Source of the DNA: Thermodesulfobacteriota bacterium
GTDB lineage: Bacteria > Desulfobacterota > Desulfarculia > JACQYL01
Length of the DNA stretch: 64,000 nt
NCBI GenBank assembly: GCA_963675595.2
Contig: CAXXLZ010000002.1
Location: 1,856,001 to 1,920,000, forward strand
Reading direction: 5' to 3'
In this document: one piece after another, positions 50,586-60,474 of the stretch
Layout of the letters: the number at the start of each line of letters is the position of its first letter
How positions within the stretch are numbered: the stretch's first letter is position 1
The notes under the pieces: generated by a model
What the model saw: the letters and a program-made list of their open reading frames with translations, nothing else
Databases searched by the model: none
Told to the model about the DNA's origin: nothing
Program-made: the position numbers and the translations under genes

Positions 50586-51761
50586 ATGCAGATTGAAAGC
50601 ATCGAAATCCGCAACTATCGATTGTTCCGTTTGGCGGAATTGAAGAATCTGCCGCGCCTAACTATTGTTGTCGGAGCCAATGGTTCAGGCAAATCGACCC
50701 TTTTCGACGTTTTCAGCTTCCTCAAAGAAGCCCTGGCGCAAAATGTGGCGGCGGCAGTGGCCAGGAGGGGCGGATTTCGGGAATTAGTCAGTCGTGGTGA
50801 AAAAGGACCAATCGCAATCATCGTGAAGTTTCGAGAGACTGGAGGAAGGCTTGCAACATACCAACTAGAGATTGGCGAAGATATGGGCCGGCCGGTCGTG
50901 GCTCGGGAGGTGCTGAAATTTAGACGTGGGCAACATGGTCAGCCATGGCACTTTGTGGATTTTTCGAAAGGGAAAGGGACAGCGATTACCAACGAGGCAG
51001 CCTACGGACAGAAGGGCGTGGAAGCCGAGCGAAAGGAGTATGTGCTCGACGATCCCGGCGTCCTGGCAATCAAGGGACTGGGGCAATTCAAGGAATTTAG
51101 GGTTGTAGCAGAATTTCGCAGCCTTATCGAGAATTGGCATATATCCGATTTCCATATAGCGGAAGCTAGGCCGAGTGCCGACGCAGGATACGCGGAACAT
51201 CTCACAACACGGGGAGATAACATAGCCCAAGTGGCCCAATACCTTTACGAAAACCATCCTGATTGTTTTAGCCGAATACTTCAAGCCATGCGACAACGTG
51301 CACCTGGAGTGGACAAAGTGGACGCGATACCGACCGAGGATGGTCGACTGGTGCTTCGGTTCCAAGATGGGAGCTTCAAAGATCCTTTTATTGCCCGCTA
51401 TGTTTCCGACGGCACGATCAAAATGTTCGCTTACTTGGTGATGCTTTACGATCCCAAGCCACACCCGCTCTTGGCTGTGGAGGAACCGGAAAATCAATTG
51501 TATCCGGATCTGCTGTATGAGTTGATCGAGGAATTCCGAGACTACGCTGGGCGCGGAGGCCAAGTGTTCGTTTCAACGCACTCCCCGGACTTTTTGAACG
51601 GCGCACAATTAGAGGAAATCTACTGGTTAGTCAAAAAGGACGGTTTCACCGAAACCAGACATGCATCCGAAAATGGGTTGCTGCGAAAGCTGATCGACGA
51701 AGGAGATAAGCCCGGAGCACTATGGAAGCAAGGGCTATTCGAAGGAGCCGGCCCGAAATGA
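50586..51761 (+). CDS. AAA_21/ABC-type ATPase
   Basis: IEIRNYR, GANGSGKS, SDGT, VEEPENQLYP, STHS. Confidence 0.9.
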   Translation: MQIESIEIRNYRLFRLAELKNLPRLTIVVGANGSGKSTLFDVFSFLKEALAQNVAAAVARRGGFRELVSRGEKGPIAIIVKFRETGGRLATYQLEIGEDMGRPVVAREVLKFRRGQHGQPWHFVDFSKGKGTAITNEAAYGQKGVEAERKEYVLDDPGVLAIKGLGQFKEFRVVAEFRSLIENWHISDFHIAEARPSADAGYAEHLTTRGDNIAQVAQYLYENHPDCFSRILQAMRQRAPGVDKVDAIPTEDGRLVLRFQDGSFKDPFIARYVSDGTIKMFAYLVMLYDPKPHPLLAVEEPENQLYPDLLYELIEEFRDYAGRGGQVFVSTHSPDFLNGAQLEEIYWLVKKDGFTETRHASENGLLRKLIDEGDKPGALWKQGLFEGAGPK

Positions 51762-52330
51762 GTCGAATAGTGCTTCTGCTCGAAGAACGATCCATGAAAG
51801 CACTTCTTGAGGGGCTCTTGCCACGCTTATGGCCGGACATGAGATTCATTTGTATTCCTCACGAGGGCAAGAAGGATTTGGAGAGAAGCATCCCCCGGAA
51901 GCTCCGAGCTTGGCACGAGCCGGGTGCGAGGTTCGTAGTGGTTCGAGATAACGATGGCGGCGACTGTCACGCTTTGAAAAAGGAGCTAAGAGCATTGTGC
52001 AATCAGGCCGGTCAGGCCCATGTTCTAGTTCGAATCGCCTGCCAGGAGCTGGAAGCTTGGTATTTCGGAGAACCGGAGGCCATGGCCGGAGCCTTTGGCA
52101 ACGTTCAACTCAAAACGATCGGAAACAAAGCTCGATTCCGTAATCCAGACGCAATTCCTAGCCCTTCTAAAGCAATTACGGAAATAGTGCCTGGTTTCCA
52201 AAAAATCGCAGGAGCACGCAGGATGGCATCTCACCTCAGTCGCAACGGAAACCGTTCTTCCAGTTTCCAGGCTATGCTGGACGGGCTCGAACGGGTATTT
52301 ACGTCTATGCAAAAAACAGCATCGATATAG
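51758..52330 (+). CDS. DUF4276-like (TOPRIM-like) protein
   Basis: LLLEERS, HEGKKDL, RDND, ELEAWYFG, S.SF; ATGA overlap with the ATPase. Confidence 0.7.
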   Translation: MSRIVLLLEERSMKALLEGLLPRLWPDMRFICIPHEGKKDLERSIPRKLRAWHEPGARFVVVRDNDGGDCHALKKELRALCNQAGQAHVLVRIACQELEAWYFGEPEAMAGAFGNVQLKTIGNKARFRNPDAIPSPSKAITEIVPGFQKIAGARRMASHLSRNGNRSSSFQAMLDGLERVFTSMQKTASI

Positions 52331-52849
52331 GCATTTGCTTGAACGGAGGCCGCAGCCGTTCAAAGGAAATAGTTCCAGAATATTCAAGGACATCATACCC
52401 ATATATTTGCAAAAGCAGATTTGTTCGCTTGAGACCATCCATGGCATGAAACGCACATGTTGCCCTGCCGATTATCCTCAGAAAGAACGTCGCCGGCGGT
52501 CTTCCTCCCCAATCCGAATCAATAGTGCCCTTTCAGGACAGCCCACCAGCGGTTTCGGAGTTCCTCTTCAGAAAGGATCCCGCATAGACACAATTCTTCG
52601 GTGGGGTAGCGGATGAGCGACAAGTGAGTCAGGTTCGACCGCGTACAAGAGCGGGAGGAGCGGCCAAGGTCCGGGCGAAGCAAGCTTGATGTCTCGATTA
52701 GAAGAACTATGGGACCTCGTTCAGGTCATGCGGCATTCAGAGGTTTGATTTGCCGCGTGCGACCTTCGCCGGGGCGGCTTGAACCCTCGAAGCACCTTCC
52801 ATTTATTGGGCCGTTCATGCGTCACAGCCGACCTTTGCTTTGCCTCCGA

Positions 52850-53629
52850 TCAATCCGATGACGTACCGCTCTGGAGCCGAGGAAGGCGCCGTCTGAACAT
52901 GTAAATCGCCCAACCAAGCGTGTCCCGCCCCCAACGCAGGTATGTTGCCCTGGCCTTCTCCACTCGCTCAACCACCTCCGCCAGGTCCGGATCGTCCGGA
53001 TGGGTGCTAGCGTACTCGGCCGTCGCGTACCATTGGAGGCCTTCGTAGGTGTCCCAGTCGTCGTTGCCGCTCACAATGGCGTAGACGAGGTCCAATCCTC
53101 GCCGCTCTCCGGCTTCCGCATTGGAGAAGTGGCTCCCGAAGTCCTCTCTCGCGACCCCGGATGCCTCCAGGTAGTCCTCGGACGGCTCCCGCAGCCAGTA
53201 GGGCTCTCCCACGATCACCCAGCCACCGGGTTTCACCATGCGGATCAGCGCTTCAAGAGTCTCGGCGTGCCCCCCGAATACCCAGCTCGCACCGATGCAT
53301 GACGCCAGGTCGAATTGGTGAGGCTCGTCCGGCCTGAAGTCCGCTCCATTCATCTGAATGAAGGTAATGCCCGCGGCAGATGCCCGCGCCTCAAGCCTTC
53401 TCTCTGCTTCGGCGACAAAAAAAGGAGAAATGTCGATCCCTGCACCACGAACGTCATAGGCTTCGGCCAGACGAACCAGGAACTCGCCCTTTCCACACGC
53501 AATGTCGACCACCTGCGCGTGGGTCGGGAGGCGCAGAAGGCCCACGAGACGCGCCAGTTTCTCCTCGCTCGTAGGATTGCATACCACATGTTCGCGGTGA
53601 GTGATGTCGTAGAACTTCCACGTGTCCAT
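52850..53629 (-). CDS. class I SAM-dependent methyltransferase
   Basis: VDIACGKG, GIDIS, CIGASW, KPGG...VGEPYW. Confidence 0.9.
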   Translation of the reverse strand: MDTWKFYDITHREHVVCNPTSEEKLARLVGLLRLPTHAQVVDIACGKGEFLVRLAEAYDVRGAGIDISPFFVAEAERRLEARASAAGITFIQMNGADFRPDEPHQFDLASCIGASWVFGGHAETLEALIRMVKPGGWVIVGEPYWLREPSEDYLEASGVAREDFGSHFSNAEAGERRGLDLVYAIVSGNDDWDTYEGLQWYATAEYASTHPDDPDLAEVVERVEKARATYLRWGRDTLGWAIYMFRRRLPRLQSGTSSD

Positions 53630-53763
53630 GATTCAGTCCTTCAGCGGCTTAACGAGTGATTATAGGGTTGGCGGGGCCATCTGCGGCAGGGTCGATTTGC
53701 TTCGTTTCCCTGAACTGTCCGGAGGGTTGTGCTGATTGGGAGAAGAATAGCATGAAGTCCAGT

Positions 53764-54078
53764 TCATGCGGCATCCAAAGGTCGAATCTGCAACAGTTCC
53801 TCGTGGAATTTTCTCTCGGAATCCCACAAATCCCGTGCTTGTTGCACGTTCAGCCAGAACTCGGGAGAATTGCCGAAAAGACGCGATAATCTAAGCGCCA
53901 TATTAGGCGTTACGCTGCGTCGTTCTCTCAGGATTTCGTTAATGGTTTGGCGCGATACTCCCAATGCCTCGGCCAACGCGGTCGCGTTCAAGCCGAAGTC
54001 CGGCATGAAATCTTCCTTAAGCACTTCGCCTGGATGAGTCGGGGGGAATTCTCTTTTCGTGGTGTTCGGTATCGCCAT
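53764..54078 (-). CDS. higA: HigA/VapI-family antitoxin
   Basis: PPTHPGEVL, LA..LGVSRQTI, MALRL...FG.S.EFWL..Q. Confidence 0.93.
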   Translation of the reverse strand: MAIPNTTKREFPPTHPGEVLKEDFMPDFGLNATALAEALGVSRQTINEILRERRSVTPNMALRLSRLFGNSPEFWLNVQQARDLWDSERKFHEELLQIRPLDAA

Positions 54079-54088
54079 GATTCCATCC

Positions 54089-54523
54089 TCGATGGTAGTC
54101 GGTCATTTCCACATCAGCAGACCGTTGAAAAACGCGATCTGCGGCGTTGCGCTTCATCCCTCGTCACTGCGACGTACTTCTATGTACGCCTCATTTCTTG
54201 GGATTTGCGCGCCTTGCATGTCATCGTTTTTCAACAATCTGCAATAATCCAACCTCTTCAACGGGCTGATAGGCGTCGCCTTCAATAAACCGGAAACAGA
54301 CCCGCCACTGGTCATTGATCGATATGGAGTATTGCCCTTCCCTGCCGCCTCTCAGCGCATGGAGGCGATTGCCGGGGGGAACCGCAAGATCATTCAGGTT
54401 GGCGGCATGATGGATATACTCCAAACGCCTGACGGCCCTTTTGATGAGTTCGGAAGGGAGCTTTCTCGATTTCCCCGTCACAAAGAGCCGTTGGGTTTCT
54501 TCATCGGCAAACGTCCTTATCAT
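54089..54523 (-). pseudogene. higB: HigB (RelE-like) toxin interrupted by a 153-bp insertion
   Basis: MIRTFAD, PPGNRLHAL.G...GQYSISINDQWRVCF; terminal DVEMTDYH lies past the insert at 54115-54092. Confidence 0.88.
54117..54269. mobile_element. family A MITE-like element (54117-54242) plus an extra 27-bp TIR-like end, inserted in higB
   Basis: GCAGACCGTTGAAAAAC...GTTTTTCAACAATCTGC; reverse-complement homolog of 33425-33550. Confidence 0.85.
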
Positions 54524-54530
54524 GACCAAC

Positions 54531-54559
54531 ACTGTAAATTGTCACGTGACAGTTGTCAA
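54531..54559 (-). promoter_or_regulatory. higBA promoter with a palindromic operator in the spacer
   Basis: TTGACA (54559-54554), 17-bp spacer, TACAGT (54536-54531); perfect palindrome TGTCACGTGACA at 54540-54551. Confidence 0.8.
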
Positions 54560-54864
54560 CACCCGGATTGAGGCGCTGTTTCAACAGCCTGCCCCATTTT
54601 TTCCGCGATTTCGGCCGACATTTCCGGAATGAGGATATTCCGAGGGCACTTCTCCATCCAGGACACGCACTCGACACGTTAGGCAGCAAACCCCGGAATC
54701 AAGGGGACATCCATGATTAGTTTTTTTATTGGGGAGGTTTTTCCCTTGACCGCAGGCCTTTTAATGGGTGACCTCTTTTCCATAGGCCTGACGGAAAACC
54801 TGGAAGGTATCCGACTCCCTCTCTTCCGGTCATCACCCTAATTTGATGCTATAGAGGCGCAATC

Positions 54865-56280
54865 ATGAATAAAGATGCGGCTTCCGGAAAACCGGAATCT
54901 ATCCTGATTAAAAATGCGAGGTTAATCGACGGATTGGGTACGGTTCATAACAATCTGCAGAATATTTACATTGAAAACGGCAAAATCGTTGATATCGGCC
55001 ACGGCATTTCCGTTGATAATGTATATACGATAGATGTTAACGGCGCCACCGTGATGCCCGGGTTGATAGATGCTCATGTGCACCTGCAAAGCGTTCCAGG
55101 GTCCGTATTTCGTAAGGACAACGATGAAACCCTTAAAAAATATCGTTATCACCAATTACGCGCGTATCTTGCTTGCGGCATAACAACCGTATTGGACAAT
55201 GCCGTCTCAGCTCCAATGCTGCGTGAATTTCAGGACTATTTATCCTCCGGCGGGGTCGGACCGCGCTTATATGCGCTGGCCCCCGCTTTTTATACTCCAA
55301 ACGGGTACTTGGATCACGATATGTTGACTTCCTATTGGGGACCTCAATGGAGGCCGGCAGCCACCCGGAAAGATGTTGAAGCATTGTTCGAGGAATACGA
55401 AGGGATACCGAATATCGTCGGCGTAAAGACGTTGCTTGAATCCGGTTTCGGCAAATCAAATATCTGGCCTATGCATTCACCTGAAATTCGTAAAATCATA
55501 GTCGATGAAGCCGGAAAACGAAACCTGCCTATCTATGTACATGCCTATAAGGAAAAAGAACAGGCTATCGGATTTGAAATGGGAGTTCATAATTTCGTGC
55601 ATTCCGGTTTTATGTTCAAGCAACCCAAGAATGACTTTTTGGAGCAAATGCGAATACATGGGACCTATTTAACGACAACGTTATCATGCACGTTTGATCA
55701 GATGCTTGTGAACTTTGAACTGGAACGACTTGACGATGAATACATGAAATTGACGGTCCCGGAAGAGCTTCTGAATACCGCAAGAAATCTTGAAGCGTGG
55801 AAAGACTATTACGATGTGTTTTTCAAAACTTCGTCGCCTAAGTGGATGCCCGCATTTGTGTTGAAGACAATTCTAAAACTGATGAACCCTGAAAAAATGA
55901 TCCGTTCCTGCTTGGCAAGCGCTTCCAATGCCGTGGCAACCATGCACAAGGCCGGGATTCCTATTGTTGTTGGCACGGATGCTTCGAGCTGGCCGGTGTT
56001 TCTTAATTTTTTCCATGGCCCCAGCACGATTCGCGAAATAGAACTTCTGGGCTATGCCGGTATTCCGCCCATGGATGTCATTTCTTCAGCCACCAGAATC
56101 CCGTCGGAAATGATGGGCCTTGAAAAGTCGATCGGCACTGTTGAGATCGGAAAACGAGCCGATTTAATCGTTGTTCAAGGCGATCCGCTTGAAGATTTAT
56201 CGGCGCTGAAATCCATATTGTGGACCATCAAGGATGGGGAAGCGCGTACTCCGGAGGGATGGATGACGAAAACCGCATAA
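54865..56280 (+). CDS. amidohydrolase-family protein
   Basis: MPGLIDAHVH, GITTV, VHA, VGTDA, G.VE.GKRADL.V..GDPL; AT-richer. Confidence 0.9.
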   Translation: MNKDAASGKPESILIKNARLIDGLGTVHNNLQNIYIENGKIVDIGHGISVDNVYTIDVNGATVMPGLIDAHVHLQSVPGSVFRKDNDETLKKYRYHQLRAYLACGITTVLDNAVSAPMLREFQDYLSSGGVGPRLYALAPAFYTPNGYLDHDMLTSYWGPQWRPAATRKDVEALFEEYEGIPNIVGVKTLLESGFGKSNIWPMHSPEIRKIIVDEAGKRNLPIYVHAYKEKEQAIGFEMGVHNFVHSGFMFKQPKNDFLEQMRIHGTYLTTTLSCTFDQMLVNFELERLDDEYMKLTVPEELLNTARNLEAWKDYYDVFFKTSSPKWMPAFVLKTILKLMNPEKMIRSCLASASNAVATMHKAGIPIVVGTDASSWPVFLNFFHGPSTIREIELLGYAGIPPMDVISSATRIPSEMMGLEKSIGTVEIGKRADLIVVQGDPLEDLSALKSILWTIKDGEARTPEGWMTKTA

Positions 56281-56290
56281 TCGGGCACAT

Positions 56291-56387
56291 TGATGGCAAT
56301 CATTCACGGGGGGAACTTTTAAAAAAGTTCCCCCCGTGCGCCCCCCTTGAAACGTTTCGAGTAGGCCTCACCGCCTTCGGCGGAGAG
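56291..56387 (-). repeat. family B dispersed repeat, copy 2
   Basis: Reverse complement aligns end to end with 33307-33404; lies between convergent genes. Confidence 0.75.
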
Positions 56388-56532
56388 CCCGAGGGAGAAT
56401 GTGACCCTGTGACACTCGCCGATTGCCTACCCCTTGAACGCCTATCATTGATGATTTCGGTCTGAGCCGTTTCCGTATCCGTCCCTTCCCAGCGTATTTT
56501 TGCCGCGCGCTCGGCGGGGTCATTTATGGCCG

Positions 56533-57735
56533 TTACGCTTCTTTCTTGAGAATTCGCCGTGCCATGACCACCCGCTCCCGCAGACCCGGTCCCTCCATCT
56601 CTTCGGCGATTTGCGCCAACATTTCCGGAATGGGGATGTTCTGAGGACATTTCTCCAGGCAGTCGCCGCACTCGACACATTGGGAAGCGTACCCCGGTTT
56701 GCCGTCCGCCAGTTCGCCGCTCATTCTGAAGGCGTACCGAAACTTCACTTCTTCCCCGCCGCCGAACATGTGCAACCGGTTGTATTCCTCGAAACAGATG
56801 GGAATCATCACGTCGGAGGGGCACGGCACGCAGTATCCGCAGCCGGTACAGCCGACCTTCATCAGCTCCCGGTACTTGTTTCCCACTCGTGCCACCAGGT
56901 CCAGTTCCTCGTCCGTGAGGGCTCCGGCACGGGCCGTATCCGCCAGAGCGAGATTTTCCTCGATATGGCTTTCCTCGTTCATGCCGGAGAGAACCACGGT
57001 GACCTCCGGTTGATTCCAAACCCAGTGCAAGGCCCATTCCACCGGTGTACGGGACGTTTTCGCCTCGCTCCACAGCGTTTCCACCGCAGGCGGGGGCGTG
57101 GGCAAACCGAGATTGCCTCCGCGAAGAGGCTCCATGACCATCACGGCCATGTCTTTGGACGCGGCGTATTTCAGCCCTTCGGTACCCGCCTGGTATTCCG
57201 TGTCCAGGTAGTTGTACTGGATCAGGCAGCACACCCAAGGGTAGGCGTCCACGATCCGTTTGAAATCTTCCCGCAATCCGTGGAAGGAGAATCCCGCGTT
57301 GACGATCCGCCCGTCCGCCTTGGCTTTTTCAATGAAGTCGAGGACTCCCAGGTCGAACAGCATGCCCCACGAGCCTCCGGTGAGCGCGTGCAGGAGATAA
57401 TAGTCGATGCGGTCCGTACGCAGTTTCTTGAGTTGGGCCGCCAGGTAGCGGTCCATATCGTCGCGACTCTTGATCATCCAGGAAGGCAGCTTGGTAGCGA
57501 GCTTGACCTGGGCTCGATAACCGTCCAAGAGCGCTTTCCCGAGGACGTTTTCGCTTTCGCCTCCGTGGTAGGGCCAGGCCGTGTCCACGTAATTGACCCC
57601 CCGGTCCACGGCGGAACGAATCTGCCGGATCGCCCTCTCCTCATCGATCCCCCCATCCTTGAGGGGCAGCCTCATGCACCCGAAGCCCAGAGCGGACAGC
57701 TCATCGTTGTTTTTCGGCACTTTTCTGTATTGCAC
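56533..57735 (-). CDS. aldo/keto reductase with a C-terminal [4Fe-4S] domain
   Basis: LGFGCMRLP, DTAWPYH, LATKLP, MEPLRGG, CTGCGYCVPCP, CVECGDCLEKCPQ; GTG start after GGAGG. Confidence 0.92.
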   Translation of the reverse strand: MQYRKVPKNNDELSALGFGCMRLPLKDGGIDEERAIRQIRSAVDRGVNYVDTAWPYHGGESENVLGKALLDGYRAQVKLATKLPSWMIKSRDDMDRYLAAQLKKLRTDRIDYYLLHALTGGSWGMLFDLGVLDFIEKAKADGRIVNAGFSFHGLREDFKRIVDAYPWVCCLIQYNYLDTEYQAGTEGLKYAASKDMAVMVMEPLRGGNLGLPTPPPAVETLWSEAKTSRTPVEWALHWVWNQPEVTVVLSGMNEESHIEENLALADTARAGALTDEELDLVARVGNKYRELMKVGCTGCGYCVPCPSDVMIPICFEEYNRLHMFGGGEEVKFRYAFRMSGELADGKPGYASQCVECGDCLEKCPQNIPIPEMLAQIAEEMEGPGLRERVVMARRILKKEA

Positions 57736-58148
57736 GTTTTTCCTCCCTTGCCGTTTCCAAACGAACGAAAACGGTTGATTCCGCATTTTTCGTTATGAGG
57801 GGAACCTATAGAGGAGCCCTCGCCCCGTTCCGATTCAAAGCTCTTCACCAATGCCTTACCGCCTCGGCGGAGAGGAGAGAGAGAAAGTGGGCTTTTGCGA
57901 CAAGAACCTGCAAACCACGAGGTCAAGCAAAAGGCATCATAAGGACCCCGTGCATGCATACACTAAAAGATTCCCGACTTGGGTTGTCTACATCATAGAA
58001 TCCGACCGGGAAGACTCAATACACATTCCTGCCGAAGATTTGCCTATTCCTGTCGTCCACTGGAATTTCTTGGGGATTCGAGGCAAAATATCCCCTACGT
58101 TCCTTCAGGATTGAGAATTTTCCAACAGCGACACGGGAGTGCTGAGCC

Positions 58149-59060
58149 ATGAGACCAACGGAAGAGGCGGCAAACAGGATGCACTTGGCCCGACTCATCG
58201 AGCCTTTGGCGATGAAGGAGGGCATTTCTCCCTCTCCGGTGGAAGGGGTGCAACTCATGAGGAGGAACACTTCCTCGCCCCGGGCGCCCATTGTGTACGA
58301 ACCCAATATCATCATCGTGGCGCAGGGTAAAAAGCGGGTCTACCTGGGAGATCAGGTCCATGTGTACGATCCCTGCAACTATTTGGTGCTTTCCGTACCC
58401 CTGCCGCTGGAATGCGAAACAGAGGCCACCCCGGAAGAACCGCTGCTGGGCGTATCGGTGAAAGTGGATCCTGCTGTGTTGGGGGAATTGCTCATGGAGA
58501 CGGAGGATATCATGGACGTCTCCGCAACGGTTCCGAGCATCTATTCGACCCCGTTGACCGGCGAGTTGGCCGACGCGGCCCTCCGATTGTTGGAGTGCAT
58601 GCACTCCCGCATGGACAGCCGGATCCTCGGCGGACAAATCGTGCGTGAAATCACGTATCGCGTGTTATGCGGAGACCAGGGAGGAACGCTGCGCGCCTTG
58701 GGAGCCCGCCACGGTCACTTCAGCAGGATCGCCGGGATACTGAGGCGCATGCACGCGGAATACCGAGAAACCTTCGACGTGGAAAGCTTGGCCAAAGAAG
58801 TGAATATGAGCGTGTCCGCCTTCCACCACAATTTCAAGGCGATCACTTCCACTTCGCCCATGCAGTACCTCAAAAGCATCCGTCTGCACAAGGCGCGGAT
58901 GATGATGGTGCACGACGGGCTCAATGCGGGCACGGCGGCTTATGAGGTGGGATACGGCAGCGCCTCGCAGTTCAGCCGGGAATTCAAGCGGTTCTTCGGT
59001 GCCGGCCCGGCGGACGAGGCGGCCAAGATCAGGACGACGGCCGAGTCCGTGTCGGCCTGA
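58149..59060 (+). CDS. AraC-family regulator (YqhC-like), divergent from the reductase
   Basis: VYEP...QG.K N-domain; MS.SAFHH.FK..T..SPMQY.K..RL, VGY.SASQFSREFKR.FG. Confidence 0.92.
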   Translation: MRPTEEAANRMHLARLIEPLAMKEGISPSPVEGVQLMRRNTSSPRAPIVYEPNIIIVAQGKKRVYLGDQVHVYDPCNYLVLSVPLPLECETEATPEEPLLGVSVKVDPAVLGELLMETEDIMDVSATVPSIYSTPLTGELADAALRLLECMHSRMDSRILGGQIVREITYRVLCGDQGGTLRALGARHGHFSRIAGILRRMHAEYRETFDVESLAKEVNMSVSAFHHNFKAITSTSPMQYLKSIRLHKARMMMVHDGLNAGTAAYEVGYGSASQFSREFKRFFGAGPADEAAKIRTTAESVSA

Positions 59061-59216
59061 TGACGGTGGTCGGCCGAGCATGCCTGTAACCTGCAAGGGC
59101 TATTAGGAGATCGAAGGAGACTTCCGTACGAACCCCTTGAATCGAACCCGCGTTTCGGGATAGAAGTTTTCCTGCTTCAAGATCGCTTTTTCGGACAATC
59201 GCCATAAGGAGTTCAC

Positions 59217-59795
59217 ATGCGTTCCACCGGGAGCCGACCACGCGGCTGGGTCCGCGCCATCACGCCGGCGGGCCTGATCATCGCCGTATTCCTTTCCCTG
59301 TCCGCCTCAACGGCCTTTGCGGGACGGCTGGATAAGTTCGCCGCTGAATTCGGGAAACACAAGAGCGTCATTCTCTCCCTGAGTGATCGTGCGTCCGAGC
59401 TCTCCAAGAACGGAGGTTTCTCGTCGGAGACCAACGACATTCTCACCTCCGGCGTGGTCAACGTGGCCAATCTCTACTGCATGTATCTCTCCGACCTGCT
59501 CATCATCATGGATCAACTGACGCAGTCCTGCCTGGGCGAATCCTCGACGCCCACCGGAGACTGCCGCTCCGCGTACAATCGTTACCTGGTCTTTCTCAGG
59601 GATAACCGTCTCCCCTTCATTTCGGAGCTCATGCTTCAGTACGACGACTACCTGTCCGTGACGACACGGCGTTTTCCGCAGGACTCGGAAGAACTCCTTC
59701 TTCTCAACGACGTTCGCGCGGCGGTGCGGGACATCGAGAGAAGCGTGGTCGACCTCAGGACGTATCTCATCAAGGTGCCGACACCGAAGGAATGA
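59217..59795 (+). CDS. hypothetical secreted helical protein
   Basis: AGGAG RBS, signal peptide ending AFA, coding-like GC3, three Cys. Confidence 0.7.
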   Translation: MRSTGSRPRGWVRAITPAGLIIAVFLSLSASTAFAGRLDKFAAEFGKHKSVILSLSDRASELSKNGGFSSETNDILTSGVVNVANLYCMYLSDLLIIMDQLTQSCLGESSTPTGDCRSAYNRYLVFLRDNRLPFISELMLQYDDYLSVTTRRFPQDSEELLLLNDVRAAVRDIERSVVDLRTYLIKVPTPKE

Positions 59796-59867
59796 AAGAA
59801 AAAGGAGAACGCCGCGGGCGGGAAGGAAGGAAACACGGTCCGCTGAAACGTTCCGCCCCCCATAGCC

Positions 59868-60019
59868 CCGTTGCGCTTCTGCGAATCGCGTACGGGATTC
59901 GCAAAACAGGCGGCATGCGACATCCAACGCATTAAAATACCTGATGTTTTTGGGAAGGAGCCCGAGAGAACCCCTTTTTTCGAAAAGGGTCCCCTCGGAT
60001 GCCCCTCTGCATGCTCACC
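59868..60019 (+). repeat. family C dispersed repeat, copy 2
   Basis: Colinear with 47279-47429. Confidence 0.75.
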
Positions 60020-60247
60020 ATCGTCTGGCTTACGTCCGAGTAGTCCACCGGAATCGGGACGCACTGATTCCCCGACTCCACACTTCATGGATCCTCCAAG
60101 TCTGCACACCTGAAGACCCTCACCCCCTCCCCTACCTTGACTGTGCGCCCATATCCCCGGTTCCCCTTCTCACGCGCTCTACAAAAACTGGATCCTCGTT
60201 TCGTTTCCGTAACTCGTGACCCCTTGAATTTACGGGATTTTCCCGTG

Positions 60248-60265
60248 CCGGCATCGGGATTGCTT
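60248..60265 (+). promoter_or_regulatory. putative sigma54 (-24/-12) promoter
   Basis: CCGGCATCGGGATTGCTT: GG-N10-GC with TTGCT, about 210 nt upstream of 60475. Confidence 0.55.
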
Positions 60266-60474
60266 ATAGGAACGACGCACGCCGCTTTCCACGCCGTCCG
60301 CATCCGGGAGCGGTGTCGTAGGACCCGCGGGATTCCCCGCGGACGCTGAAACGTTCGTCTCTAGGAAGCGATTCGTTCGCGGGGGTCGAGCGCAAACGAT
60401 TTTCCCAGTTGTTGTCCCGAAGCAGGCCGACCGTTTGAGGAGCGGCCCGAGGGCCACGAAGGAGGGTATAGGGT

